From an uncultured Acidobacteriota bacterium (GTDB lineage: Bacteria > Acidobacteriota > Vicinamibacteria > Vicinamibacterales > CAVVIG01): a DNA stretch of 64,000 bases. Where the stretch lies: NCBI GenBank assembly GCA_963750035.1, contig CAVVPE010000021.1, forward strand, positions 10,795 to 74,794, in the 5' to 3' direction. The notes under the pieces are model-generated. The model was not told the DNA's origin. It made no database searches and saw only the letters and a program-made list of their open reading frames with translations. A program made the position numbers and the translations under genes. This document shows, piece by piece, positions 19,999 through 29,633 of this stretch (position 1 is the first letter of the stretch; the number at the start of each line of letters is the position of its first letter).

Positions 19999-21320
19999 AG
20001 CAGCAGCTCCTCCAGCGCCTGGCGCACGGCGGCGATCGCTTCCGCCTCGCTGCCGGCGCCCCGCGCCGCCCGCGCAATGCGCTCAGCAACAGTGGGTCGC
20101 TGCGTGGCCGCGGGGGCGTCCTCGCTGACCACCGACGAGATCATCCCGGCGCCCGCCGTGAAGTTGGTCGTTGGATCGATCAGGATGAAGCTGCCGGTGC
20201 CGCGATTGTCGGCATACGTGTCGAAGAAGAGCGGGCGCGCCGCCGAGATCACCACCGATCCGATCTGATTCAGCACCAGTCCGCGATCGACCTGCGCCTT
20301 CACCGTACGCGTCGTGTGCTTCAACAGGTAGACGCGTGCCGGATCGAGCGGTCGCTCGTCCATCCAGACGACGTCGGCGCGGAAGCGTTGGCCGATGCTC
20401 GGACTCGCCCACGACTCAGCCCCCGACGCGCTCGCCAGCATGTCGCCGCGGCTGATGTCGATCTCGTCGTCCAGGGTGACCGTGACCGACATGCCGGCGT
20501 GCGCCACGTCGAGATCGCCGTCCCAGGTGACGATCCGGTTGACGCGCGTCGCACGGCCCGATGGCCACGCCATCACGACGTCGCCGGGGCGGACCGAACC
20601 CGAGGCAATCTGGCCGGCATAGCCGCGGAAATCCTGGCTGGGGCGGAGCACGAGCTGCACCGGGAACCGGAACGGCTTGCCAACCGCGCTGTGATCGACC
20701 TGCACGGTCTCGAGGAACTCGAGCAGCGCGATCCCGTCGAACCACGGGGTGCGCGGGCTGCGCGTGATGACGTTGTCGCCTTCGAGCGCGCTCATCGGGA
20801 TCGCGTGAATGTTGGCACCTGGCAGCAGCTTCTCGAACTCGTCGGTGATGTTCTCGAAGACATCCTGGTCGAAGTCGACCAGGTCCATCTTGTTCACGGC
20901 GAGCACGTAGTCGTTGATGCCGAGCAGGCGCGCGATCTGCGCGTGCCGCCGCGACTGCGCGCGCACGCCGTTGCGCGCGTCAACCAGCAGGATGGCGACG
21001 TCGGCGTTCGAGGCGCCGGTGGCCATGTTGCGCGTGTACTGCTCGTGGCCGGGCGTGTCGGCGAGGATGAACTTGCGGCGGGCGGTCGCGAAGTAGCGGT
21101 AGGCGACGTCGATCGTGATCCCCTGCTCGCGCTCGGCGCGCAGGCCGTCGGTGAACAGCGAGAAGTCGATCGGCCCCGCGGTCCGGTTCTTCGACGCCTT
21201 CTGGACCGAGTGGACCTGGTCCTCGTAGACCGATCGCGAGTCGTACAACAGCCGCCCGATCAGCGTGCTCTTGCCATCGTCGACGCTGCCGGCCGTGCAG
21301 ATCCGCAGCAGGCCCGACAT
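19995..21320 (-). CDS. cysN: sulfate adenylyltransferase subunit 1 (GTPase), no APS-kinase domain
   Basis: ORF 19995..21902 trimmed to ATG 21320, which overlaps the cysD stop (TGATG). Motifs GSVDDGKST, DTPGHEQY and NKMD. The frame is intact. Confidence 0.93.
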   Translation of the reverse strand: MSGLLRICTAGSVDDGKSTLIGRLLYDSRSVYEDQVHSVQKASKNRTAGPIDFSLFTDGLRAEREQGITIDVAYRYFATARRKFILADTPGHEQYTRNMATGASNADVAILLVDARNGVRAQSRRHAQIARLLGINDYVLAVNKMDLVDFDQDVFENITDEFEKLLPGANIHAIPMSALEGDNVITRSPRTPWFDGIALLEFLETVQVDHSAVGKPFRFPVQLVLRPSQDFRGYAGQIASGSVRPGDVVMAWPSGRATRVNRIVTWDGDLDVAHAGMSVTVTLDDEIDISRGDMLASASGAESWASPSIGQRFRADVVWMDERPLDPARVYLLKHTTRTVKAQVDRGLVLNQIGSVVISAARPLFFDTYADNRGTGSFILIDPTTNFTAGAGMISSVVSEDAPAATQRPTVAERIARAARGAGSEAEAIAAVRQALEELLL

Positions 21321-22270
21321 CAGAAGTAGCCCTCGCGCTTCTTCAGCTCCATCGACCCGTCCTGATCGTGGTCGATGATGCGGAGCTGACGCTCCGAGTT
21401 CTTGGTGACGATCAGCTCCTCGATGATCTTCGGCACGGTGTCGGCCTCCGACCGGATCGCGCCGGTGCACGGCGAGCAGCCGAGCGACCGCATGCGGCAC
21501 ATGATGCGCTGGGGCCGCTCGCCCGGCAGCAGCGGCACGAACGGCTGCTCGAGCGTGATCAGCGATTCGCCGCGGACGACGACCTCGCGCTCCCTGGCGA
21601 AGTAGAGCGGCACGACCGGAATGTTCTCGAGGTGGATGTAGCTCCAGACGTCGATCTCGGTCCAGTTGGACAGCGGGAAGACGCGGATGCTCTCGCCCGG
21701 GCGCACGCGGCTGTTGAGCAGCTGCCACAACTCCGGCCGCTGGTTCTTCGGATCCCACTGCCCGTTGGCGTCGCGCAGCGAGAAAATCCGCTCCTTGGCG
21801 CGCGATCGCTCCTCGTCGCGCCGTGCGCCGCCGAACGCGGCGTCGTAGCCGCCGGCCGTCAACGCATCGAGGAGCGACTTCGTCTTGAGCGCGCCGCAGC
21901 ACGCCTTGGTGCCGACGAGGAATGGCTGCGTGCCGTCGGCGATCGCCTCGGTGTTGGTGTGGACGATCAGCCGCGCGCCGATCTCCGCGGTGTACCGATC
22001 GCGGAACTCGATCATCTCGCGGAACTTGTAGGTGGTATCGATGTGAAGGAGCGGGAACGGAATGGAGCCCGGATAGAACGCTTTCTGCGCCAGGCGCAAC
22101 AGGACCGACGAGTCCTTGCCGATCGAATACAGCATCACCGGCCGCTCGAACTCGGCCACCACCTCGCGCATGATGTGGATCGCTTCGGCCTCGAGCGCGC
22201 GCAGATGGGTATCGTTCGAGGACACTACCCCGTCAATCACGCGGGTTTCCGGGAGCATCGCTACAGCCAT
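21320..22270 (-). CDS. cysD: sulfate adenylyltransferase subunit 2
   Basis: Intact 316-aa ORF: [16 protein letters not shown] (PP-loop), [20 protein letters not shown], ending [16 protein letters not shown]. Confidence 0.95.
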   Translation of the reverse strand: MAVAMLPETRVIDGVVSSNDTHLRALEAEAIHIMREVVAEFERPVMLYSIGKDSSVLLRLAQKAFYPGSIPFPLLHIDTTYKFREMIEFRDRYTAEIGARLIVHTNTEAIADGTQPFLVGTKACCGALKTKSLLDALTAGGYDAAFGGARRDEERSRAKERIFSLRDANGQWDPKNQRPELWQLLNSRVRPGESIRVFPLSNWTEIDVWSYIHLENIPVVPLYFAREREVVVRGESLITLEQPFVPLLPGERPQRIMCRMRSLGCSPCTGAIRSEADTVPKIIEELIVTKNSERQLRIIDHDQDGSMELKKREGYF

Positions 22271-22285
22271 AAGTGAATCATCTCT

Positions 22286-22320
22286 GCCGTTCGTCGTTCG
22301 GGCGTTCGTCGTTCGTCGGC
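22286..22320. repeat. CGTTCGT heptamer array between the leader terminator and the cysD start
   Basis: GCCGTTCGTCGTTCGGGCGTTCGTCGTTCGTCGGC. The first 23 nt are identical to the reverse complement of 56116-56138. Confidence 0.65.
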
Positions 22321-22351
22321 CAAAAACAAAAAAGCCCGGGTTGCCCCGGGC
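22321..22351 (-). terminator. intrinsic terminator in the cysD leader
   Basis: The minus strand reads GCCCGGG GCAA CCCGGGC followed by TTTTTTGTTTTTG, ending about 50 nt upstream of the cysD ATG. Confidence 0.7.
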
Positions 22352-22476
22352 TTCAGGTCTCTTCTTTGTGTTGGGTGTCGCTTACTGGATATTCGTCAGC
22401 GAACCTGGACCTGTCGCACGGGGACCATCGGGGTCCTTGTACAACAACAGGCGCAGGTCGCGGCTCCGAACATCTG
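22325..22476 (-). ncRNA. candidate cis-regulatory leader RNA (attenuator/riboswitch-like) or small RNA upstream of cysDNH
   Basis: About 150 nt lie between a sigma70-like promoter and the terminator. The segment contains the hairpin GGACC-CCGAU-GGUCC (22422-22436). It also has two GACCUG copies (22454-22459 and 22354-22359, the latter abutting the terminator) that can each pair with a single CAGGUC (22408-22413). No known riboswitch class was recognised. Confidence 0.4.
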
Positions 22477-22482
22477 AACCCT

Positions 22483-22513
22483 ATATTAAGCGGGTCCGGG
22501 GGCAGGCTGTCAA
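22483..22513 (-). promoter_or_regulatory. sigma70-like promoter candidate (TTGACA, 18-19 nt spacer, TAATAT)
   Basis: The minus strand reads TTGACAGCCTGCCCCCGGACCCGCTTAATAT. The spacer is 1-2 nt longer than optimal. Confidence 0.4.
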
Positions 22514-22670
22514 ATCCCATTGATACTGTTACTTAAGGCCCCGCCGGAGGCGCCCTTGCCATCGGCACGCGAAATCGAGCCGGTCTTCGGCGGAAGAGTC
22601 TGCGTGTGAGGCCGCTTTCGTGTGCCGCAGGGGGCGAGAAAACCCGGGATTCCGCGTGAGCAGCGCTGGT

Positions 22671-23663
22671 TCAGCGGCTGGCGAGAGAGCGCCTCGCGGA
22701 ATGCACGGCAAGGACGACGAGCGCGATTGTCGCGGCGTACGCCGCACCGCTCAACGGACCCAATGTAAAGCCGGCCCAGCTGACCGACTGAGGCGCGTTC
22801 GTCACCAGCAACAGAATCGCAACCGCAATACCCATCGGCCTCGCGGGAACGTACCGAATCACCCAAGCTGCCAGCGGCGCGGCCACCACGCCGCCCGCAA
22901 GCATCGATAACAACACACGGCCGTCGACTCCCGCGACGCCAAGCGATCCGATCAGCGTAAACGCCGAAGCCGACGCCACCGCAACCTCCGCCGTATTGAC
23001 CGAACCAATCGCGAAGCGCGGACGCACGGCCCGGTTCAGAAGATACGGTGTCACCACCGGGCCCCATGCTCCGACCAGGCCGTTCGTGACGCCGCCCAGC
23101 AGTGCCGCGATCGGCGTCCCCCGCGGATGCGAGTGATCGATTCCGCGAGGCTGGCGAGCCAGACGGTTCCGGCGCCGGAAGTCCTTCTTGGCCAGGCCCT
23201 GGTTGCTCAGCAACACGGCGAGCGGCGGGCCGGAGATCGTCGTCACCGCGTAGAGGATGCCAACGCCGCCGCCGAAGACCGCGCCGACGCGCGCGCTCGG
23301 CCCGGATCGGCCGGCGGAAGCCCGCCGGCCTGCAGCAGGATCAGCGGCAGCAGGACGACGAAGGTGATGAACTTCAGCCAGGACGGATTCACCTGCGACA
23401 CGATCGCCGTGCCGATCGGCGACGCCGGGAAGCAGGCCAATCACGATCGGCAACACGCCGCCGCCAGACCGCCGGCAGCGACGCGCCGATTCACCCAGAG
23501 GACGTACGCGTTCAGGACGACCTCGATCGGCACGAGCGCGGGGTTCAGGACGCGATTCGACAGGAACAGCAGTGCGAGCGGGACGGTAATCGACAGAGAA
23601 GCCGTAGCCGAGGGCTCCGTTGACGATCGCCGCGAGGAAGGTGATCGACGAGAGGAATATCAC
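22671..23663 (-). CDS. TauE/SafE-family sulfite/anion exporter, frameshifted
   Basis: ORF 22671..23663 has the N-terminus MIFLSSITFLAAIVNGALGYGFS and the C-terminal half GVGILYAVTTISGPPLAVLLSNQGL...LLGGVTNGLVGAWGPVVTPYLLN...GVVAAPLAAWVIRYVPARPMGIAVAILLLV. The middle part (IGTAIVSQVNPSWLKFITFVVLLPLILLQAGG) is in ORF 23243..23440. Confidence 0.7.
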   Translation of the reverse strand: MIFLSSITFLAAIVNGALGYGFSVDYRPARTAVPVESRPEPRARADRGRPERVRPLGESARRCRRSGGGVLPIVIGLLPGVADRHGDRVAGESVLAEVHHLRRPAAADPAAGRRASAGRSGPSARVGAVFGGGVGILYAVTTISGPPLAVLLSNQGLAKKDFRRRNRLARQPRGIDHSHPRGTPIAALLGGVTNGLVGAWGPVVTPYLLNRAVRPRFAIGSVNTAEVAVASASAFTLIGSLGVAGVDGRVLLSMLAGGVVAAPLAAWVIRYVPARPMGIAVAILLLVTNAPQSVSWAGFTLGPLSGAAYAATIALVVLAVHSARRSLASR

Positions 23664-23759
23664 CGGCGCAGCCCTGCCAAGGTATTCATGGAGTTACCAG
23701 CCGCTCTCCCGAGCAAGCCGCTAAGGGTAACACCACGAGCAGCCACCTCGGTTCGCTTG

Positions 23760-24815
23760 TCACCGCGCCGCACGCAACCCCGCCCAGTCGATCTTGAGTT
23801 TTCGCATCCTGGCGCGGAGCGTATGTGGGTTGATCTCGAGCAGCCGTGCGGCACCGTGCGGCCCCTCCACGCGGCCCCGCGTCTCGCGGAGCGCTGCTTC
23901 AATATGGCGCCGCACCACGACATCGAGCGGCTCGATTCCCCCGGGGCGCGCCGCCTCTGAACCGGTCGGCGGCGGCGGCGACGTCCATGGACGTTGCCCC
24001 AGCGCGGCCGCGACATCCAACGTTCGCCCCTGCCCGACGAGGACAGCGCGGTCCATCACGGCCGCCATCTCTCGGACATTCCCCGGCCACCGGTACTCGG
24101 TCAGCAGCCGAACGTCATCATCTGAGACCGAAACCGGCCGCACGCCAAAGCGGTCAGCGGCGCGTGCGGCGAAGTACTCGGCGAACGCCCTGATGTCGCC
24201 GGGTCGGTCGCGGAGCGGAGGGATGACGATCGGAAACACCGCGAGCCGATAGTAGAGGTCCTCGCGAAAGACCTGCCCCTCGACCAGCGCCGGCAGATCG
24301 CGATGAGTGGCGGCGACGATCCGGACGTTGACATGCACGGCCCGGTCTCCGCCCACGCGAACCACCTCCCCGTCTTGCACGACACGCAGCAAGCGCACCT
24401 GGGCGGCCGGCGCCAGTTCTCCAACCTCGTCGAGAAAAAGGGTGCCGTTATCCGCCTGCTCGAACCAGCCCCGGCGCCGCGCAACCGCGCCGGTGAATGC
24501 GCCTGGCTCGTGCCCGAACAGCTCCGAGTCGATCAGCTCGGGCGAGATGGCGCCGCAATTGACCCGACGGAATGGCCCGTTCCGGAAATGGGAGTGCTCG
24601 TGGATGGCGCGAGCGATGATCTCCTTTCCAGTCCCGGTCTCACCAAACAGCAGGACCGGAGCGCTGCTCCTGGCAACCATCCTGGCGCGTGTCATGACGA
24701 CGGCGAGGCCGGTGTCGGCGCCGATCAGGCGGTCCTCCTCGGAGCGGGGGGCGCCATGGATCAGGTGTTCGGGCAGCGCCGCCGGGCGTGGCGCACCCTT
24801 TAGCTTCTGTGACAT
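23760..24815 (-). CDS. sigma54-dependent transcriptional activator (AAA+ plus Fis-type HTH) without an N-terminal sensory domain
   Basis: Intact ORF: LLFGETGTGKE (Walker A), GHEPGAFTGA (GAFTGA loop), GTLFLDEVGEL, YRWPGNVREM, and the C-terminal HGAARLLEINPHTLRARMRKL. Only about 40 aa precede the AAA+ core. Start is ATG 24815 (alternative 24863). Confidence 0.88.
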   Translation of the reverse strand: MSQKLKGAPRPAALPEHLIHGAPRSEEDRLIGADTGLAVVMTRARMVARSSAPVLLFGETGTGKEIIARAIHEHSHFRNGPFRRVNCGAISPELIDSELFGHEPGAFTGAVARRRGWFEQADNGTLFLDEVGELAPAAQVRLLRVVQDGEVVRVGGDRAVHVNVRIVAATHRDLPALVEGQVFREDLYYRLAVFPIVIPPLRDRPGDIRAFAEYFAARAADRFGVRPVSVSDDDVRLLTEYRWPGNVREMAAVMDRAVLVGQGRTLDVAAALGQRPWTSPPPPTGSEAARPGGIEPLDVVVRRHIEAALRETRGRVEGPHGAARLLEINPHTLRARMRKLKIDWAGLRAAR

Positions 24816-25091
24816 ATGCTTGAATTTTCCGTCTTTTTTAACGGATATTCCAGAACATATCACGGTTCTTCACGAAAGCCTCGCATCCACGCCCTGAGCG
24901 CGGCGGCCCGCGGGTTGCACATCCTCGCGCCAGTGTTCTCCCTCGCCATCCGCTGTCGCCGCCGATCGTGCGCCTGTCGGCCCACGTGTAGACGGCCGAC
25001 GACCGGCTGGTGAGCGTGGTCCCTCCAAAGCACCCTCGAGACCTTCCCTCCCCCGAGTCGATCGGCTGACGCGTTCACGCAGTCAGGGATC

Positions 25092-25106
25092 TGGCGCGTC
25101 CGTGCA
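25092..25106 (+). promoter_or_regulatory. weak sigma54 -24/-12 candidate TGGCGCG-N4-TGCA (GG to GC spacing one nt short)
   Basis: CTGGCGCGTCCGTGCATGG lies 35-50 nt upstream of the receptor ATG at 25140. Consensus is TGGCACG-N4-TTGCW. Confidence 0.2.
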
Positions 25107-25139
25107 TGGACAGCCGGTGCAGAGCGTCGAGGAGAGACG

Positions 25140-27734
25140 ATGAGATCGGATCAATCAGATCACAGGGAGTTTCGTCGCGTTCATCATCGCGGCGCTGCCG
25201 ATGCTGGCCGCCGGCCAGGACGCTCGCCCGGGCCCAGTACCTCGTCGTCCGGGATTCGTCGGGCGCGGCCATGCCCGGCGTCACCATCAAGATCATCAAT
25301 GAAGTCACCACGGCCGGCATCGAAGGCGTGAGCGATGCCGAAGGCCGCTATCAGGCGGGTCCGCTCATCGCCGGTCCGTACCGTGTCGAGGCCATGCTGG
25401 ACGGCTTCGAGCCGGTCCTGCGCAGGGTCGCGATCGACGACGCTCAAACGAGCGCGATTGAGCTGACCCTTCACCCGTCGCGGCTCTCGGAGTCGGTGGT
25501 GGTGACCGCGCGGCGCGTCGAAGAGGTCGCGCAGGAGGTGCCGATTCCGGTGTCGGTGGTCAGCGGCGCGCTCGCCGCCGCGACCGGCAGCTTCAACGTC
25601 AACCGCCTGAAGGAGCTGATCCCGACGGTTCAGTTCTACTCGTCCAACCCGCGCAACACGGCGATCAACATCCGCGGCCTCGGCGCGCCGTTCGGCCTCA
25701 CCAACGACGGCATCGATCCTGGCGTCGGTTTCTATATCGACGGCGTTTACTACGCGCGGCCGGCGGCGGCCACTCTGGATTTCATCGATCTGGAGCGGAC
25801 CGAAGTGCTGCGCGGTCCGCAGGGCACGCTCTACGGCAAGAACACGACTGCAGGCGCCATCAACATCACCACGCGCAAGCCGACGTTCGCGCCGGAGAGC
25901 CGGATCGAGCTCACGTTCGGCGGCCTGGATCTGGTGCAGGCGAAGGCCTCGGCCTCGGGACCTCTGTCGCAGACGGTGGCCGCACGACTCTCGTTTTCGG
26001 GCACGACGCGACGCGGGACGATCGGCCACGTCGGCACCGGCGAGGACCTGAACGGGCTGAACAATCTCGGCTTCCGCGGACAGGTCCTCTATACGCCCTC
26101 GTCGAAGACGGCGGTGACCCTCTCCGCCGACAACACGCGGCAGCGCCCGCGCGGCTATGCGCAGGTGGTCGCCGGTGTCGCGCCGACTGAGCGCGTCGCG
26201 AGTCGCCAGTACGCGCAAATCGCCGCCGACCTGCACTACAGCCCGCCGAGCTTCGACGCCTTCGATCGGCTGAGCGATGCCGACACCCCGCACCGCGCAG
26301 ATCAAACTCTCGGCGGCGCCTCGGTGGCGATCGAACGGGCGCTCGGCGCCGGTCGCCTGACGTCGATCACCGCCTGGCGCTATTGGGATTGGGACCCGTC
26401 GAACGATCGCGACTTCCTCGGCCTGCCGGTGACCACCATCTCGGCGAATCCCTCGACACAGCGGCAGTGGACGCAGGAGGTGCGCTACTCCGGCAGTGCT
26501 GGGCACGACATCGGCGTCGTCGCCGGCGCGTTCCTGTTTCACCAGACGATTGATTCGACCGGACGACAGGAGCAGGGTGCGGCGGCCGCGCGCTTTCTGC
26601 TCGCGCCGACCCCAGCAGCCGCGACACCCGGCCTGCTCGATGGCTACGGTCAGACCTCGGACATTCACTCGAGCAACCTCAGCGCGGCGCTGTTCGGCCA
26701 GCTCGAATGGCCGGTCACCGACCGCCTGCGCCTCCTGCCCGGTCTCCGCTTCAACTACGACGACAAAGCCGTCGACTACCGCGCCGAGGTCTATGGTGGA
26801 CTTGCCACGGATGATCCCGTGCTCGTCGCACTGCAGCGCTCGATCCTGGCGCCCCAGGCCTATCAGGCCGGCGCCGCAGACACCAACCTCTCCGGCCAGT
26901 TGACCGCCGCCTACCGGCTGAACCCCCGCATGAACGGCTACGCGACCTACGCGACGACTTACAAGCCAATCGGGTTGAATCTCTCCGGGGTGCCCACCGA
27001 CGCGTTGGGCCGCCCAGCCCTCGAAGTCGCCGCGGTGAAGCCCGAGCAGGAGCGGCATCTCGAGGCCGGACGTCAAGACCGAGCCGGCGCCCGGCATCAC
27101 CGCGAATGTCACCCTCTTCGACACAAACATCCGCGACTACCAGGCGAACGTCGTCAACGCGCAGGTCGGCGTGCTGCGCGGCTACCTCGCCAACGCCGAG
27201 GAAGTGCAGGTGCGGGGCGTCGAGGTTGACAGTAGCGTGCGCGTCAGCCGGAGGATGTCTGTCTACGCCGCGGTCGCCTACACCGAAGGCAAGTACGTCT
27301 CATTCCCCGATGCGCCGCCGCCGCTCGAGGAGACCGGCGGCCCGCAGGTGAAGGACATCTCCGGCTCGGACCTCCCCGGCATCTCCCCCTGGGCGCTCTC
27401 GATCGGGGGCGAGTACGCGCAGCCGGCGGCCCTATTCGGCACGCGAGGCGAGGTGTTCGCCGGACTCGACGGCAGCTATCGCTCGTCGTTCTCGTCGAGC
27501 GCCACCGCGTCGCGATTCCTCGTCATCGACGGCTACGGGCTGCTGAACGCCCGCCTCGGATATCGCTGGGGGGACGGCTGGTCGCTGTCATTCTGGTCGC
27601 GCAATCTGCTGGACCAGGACTATTTCGAACTGCTGTCGGCGGCGCCGGGCGGCTCCGGATTGTACGTCGGGCTGCCAGGCGATCCCCGCACGGTTGGCGT
27701 ATCGCTGCAGATAGCCATCCCATCGAACAAGTGA
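25140..27734 (+). CDS. TonB-dependent receptor with N-terminal carboxypeptidase-regulatory-like domain, frameshifted
   Basis: The signal peptide [17 protein letters not shown] is in a neighbouring frame. ORF 25106..27229 gives [23 protein letters not shown]...[22 protein letters not shown], then the plug [22 protein letters not shown]...[28 protein letters not shown] switch near 27070 leads to ORF 27171..27734 (barrel end ...[10 protein letters not shown]...DQDYFELLS...). Confidence 0.8.
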
Positions 27735-28772
27735 GGTTGAATGTGAAAGGCCGTCTCGCGTGGATCCCGGCGGCGGCCGTTGCGGTGGCGTGCGGCGGGT
27801 CGCCGAGCCGTGAGACGAGCGCTGGCGCGCCGGTCGAACTGCTGAACGTGTCGTACGACCCCACCCGCGAGCTCTACCAGGAGGTCGACGCGGCGTTTGC
27901 GGAGCGGTGGCGGGCCAGGACCGGCCAGACGGTTTCGATCCGGCAGTCGCACGGCGGCTCCGGCTCGCAGGCTCGGTCGGTCATCGACGGCCTCACGGCC
28001 GACGTCGTGACGCTCGCCCTCGCCTACGACATCGACGCCATGGCCAAGAGCGGACTCCTCGATGCCGCATGGCAGCAGCGGCTTCCGGACAACAGCGCGC
28101 CCTACACGTCGACGATCGTGTTTCTCGTGCGCAAGGGCAATCCGAAGGGCATCAGGGACTGGGCAGATCTCGATCCAGCCGGGCGTGTCGGTGATCACTC
28201 CCAATCCGAAAACCTCTGGCGGCGCGCGCTGGAATTACCTGGCGGCATGGGGATACGCGCTGCGGCAACCCGGCGGCAGCGAGCAGACGGCCCGCACCTT
28301 CCTCACGCAGCTCTTCGCCAACGTGCCGGTGCTCGATTCCGGCGCGCGCGGCGCCACCAATACGTTCGTCCAGCGCGGCATCGGCGACGTGCTCCTGGCG
28401 TGGGAGAACGAGGCGTACCTGGCCGTCGAAGAAGCCAAGGACCGAATCGAGATCGTGGTCCCTTCCGTCAGCATCCTTGCCGAGCCGCCGGTCGCCGTCG
28501 TCGACAAGGTCGTCGACAGGAAAGGGACTCGCGCCGTCGCCGAGGCGTATCTGCAGTTCCTCTACACGCCCGAGGGCCAGGCGATCGTGGCGAAGCACCA
28601 TTACCGGCCGCGAGACACGAAGGTCGCCGCCAGTGTCGCGGGCGCATTCGCCGACGTGGAGCTGTTCACGATCGACGACGTGTTCGGCGGCTGGCAGGCG
28701 GCGCAAGCGACGCACTTCGCCGACGGCGGCACGTTCGACCAGATCTACAAGCCGGCGGGGAGCTCGCGGTGA
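27731..28772 (+). CDS. sbp: sulfate/thiosulfate ABC transporter substrate-binding lipoprotein, frameshift near 28170
   Basis: GTG 27731 overlaps the receptor stop (GTGA). Lipobox [33 protein letters not shown]...[33 protein letters not shown] continues in ORF 28062..28772 ([29 protein letters not shown]...[15 protein letters not shown]). Confidence 0.85.
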
Positions 28773-28799
28773 TGGCAGACGCCGTCCGCTCGGTCGTTC

Positions 28800-29633
28800 A
28801 TGCGCGTGCACGCGACGCACACCGTGCTGCCCGGGTTCCGCGTCACGGTCGGGTTCACGCTGTTCTACCTGTGCCTGATCGTCCTGATTCCGCTCGCCGG
28901 GCTTGCCGATCCGCACCGCGTCGATGGGCTGGGAGTCCTTCTGGCAGACCATCGCGGATCCGCGCGTGTTGGCTTCCTACAAGGTGACGTTCACGACGTC
29001 GTTCTGGGCGGCGGCCGTGAACGGCGTCTTCGGCCTGATCATCGCCTGGGTGCTCGTGCGCTACGAGTTTCCAGGCCGCCGGCTCGTCGACGCCGTGGTC
29101 GACCTGCCGTTCGCGCTGCCGACCGCCGTCGCCGGCATCACGCTGACGACGCTGTATGCGCCGAACGGGTGGCTCGGCCGCCCGCTTGCGGCGTTCGGCA
29201 TTCCGGTGGCATTCACGCCGACCGGGCATAACCGTCGCGCTGATCTTCATCGGCCTGCCGTTCGTCATCCGCGCGCTGCAGCCGGTGATCCAGGAGCTGG
29301 ACCTCGAGCTCGAGGAGGCCGCGACGAGCCTGGGAGCGCGGCGCTGGCAGGTCATTCATCGCGTGATCCTGCCCTACTCTCCTGCCGGCCTGGCTGACCG
29401 GCGTTGCGCTCGCGTTTGCCAGGGCGATCGGCGAGTACGGGTCGGTGGTGTTCATCTCCGGCAACATGCCGATGCGCACCGAGATCGCGCCGCTGCTCAT
29501 CGTCACGAAGCTCGAACAGTACGACTATGCCGGCGCGACGGCCGTCGCCTTCGTCATGCTGCTCGTGTCCTTCGCGCTGCTGCTGGCGATCAACCTCCTG
29601 CAGGCAAAGACGGCACGGAGGGTGTCGGCATGA
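28800..29633 (+). CDS. cysT: sulfate ABC transporter permease CysT, at least 3 frame switches
   Basis: [28 protein letters not shown] (ORF 28800..), [70 protein letters not shown] (ORF 28903..), [34 protein letters not shown] (ORF 29156..), [39 protein letters not shown] (ORF 29445..29633). Confidence 0.8.

Noticed and set aside
22325-22360. Resemblance of GAAGCCCGGGGCAACC to the SAM-I riboswitch segment GAAnCCCGGCAACC
   Set aside because: Here it is simply the 5' arm and GNRA loop of a plain terminator hairpin. The other conserved SAM-I elements (kink-turn, four-way junction sequences) are not visible upstream.
25017-25032. Second sigma54-like element TGGTCC-N..-GCA with correct GG to GC spacing
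   Set aside because: Only the GG and GC dinucleotides match the consensus. It lies more than 100 nt from the ATG and is not distinguishable from chance in GC-rich DNA.
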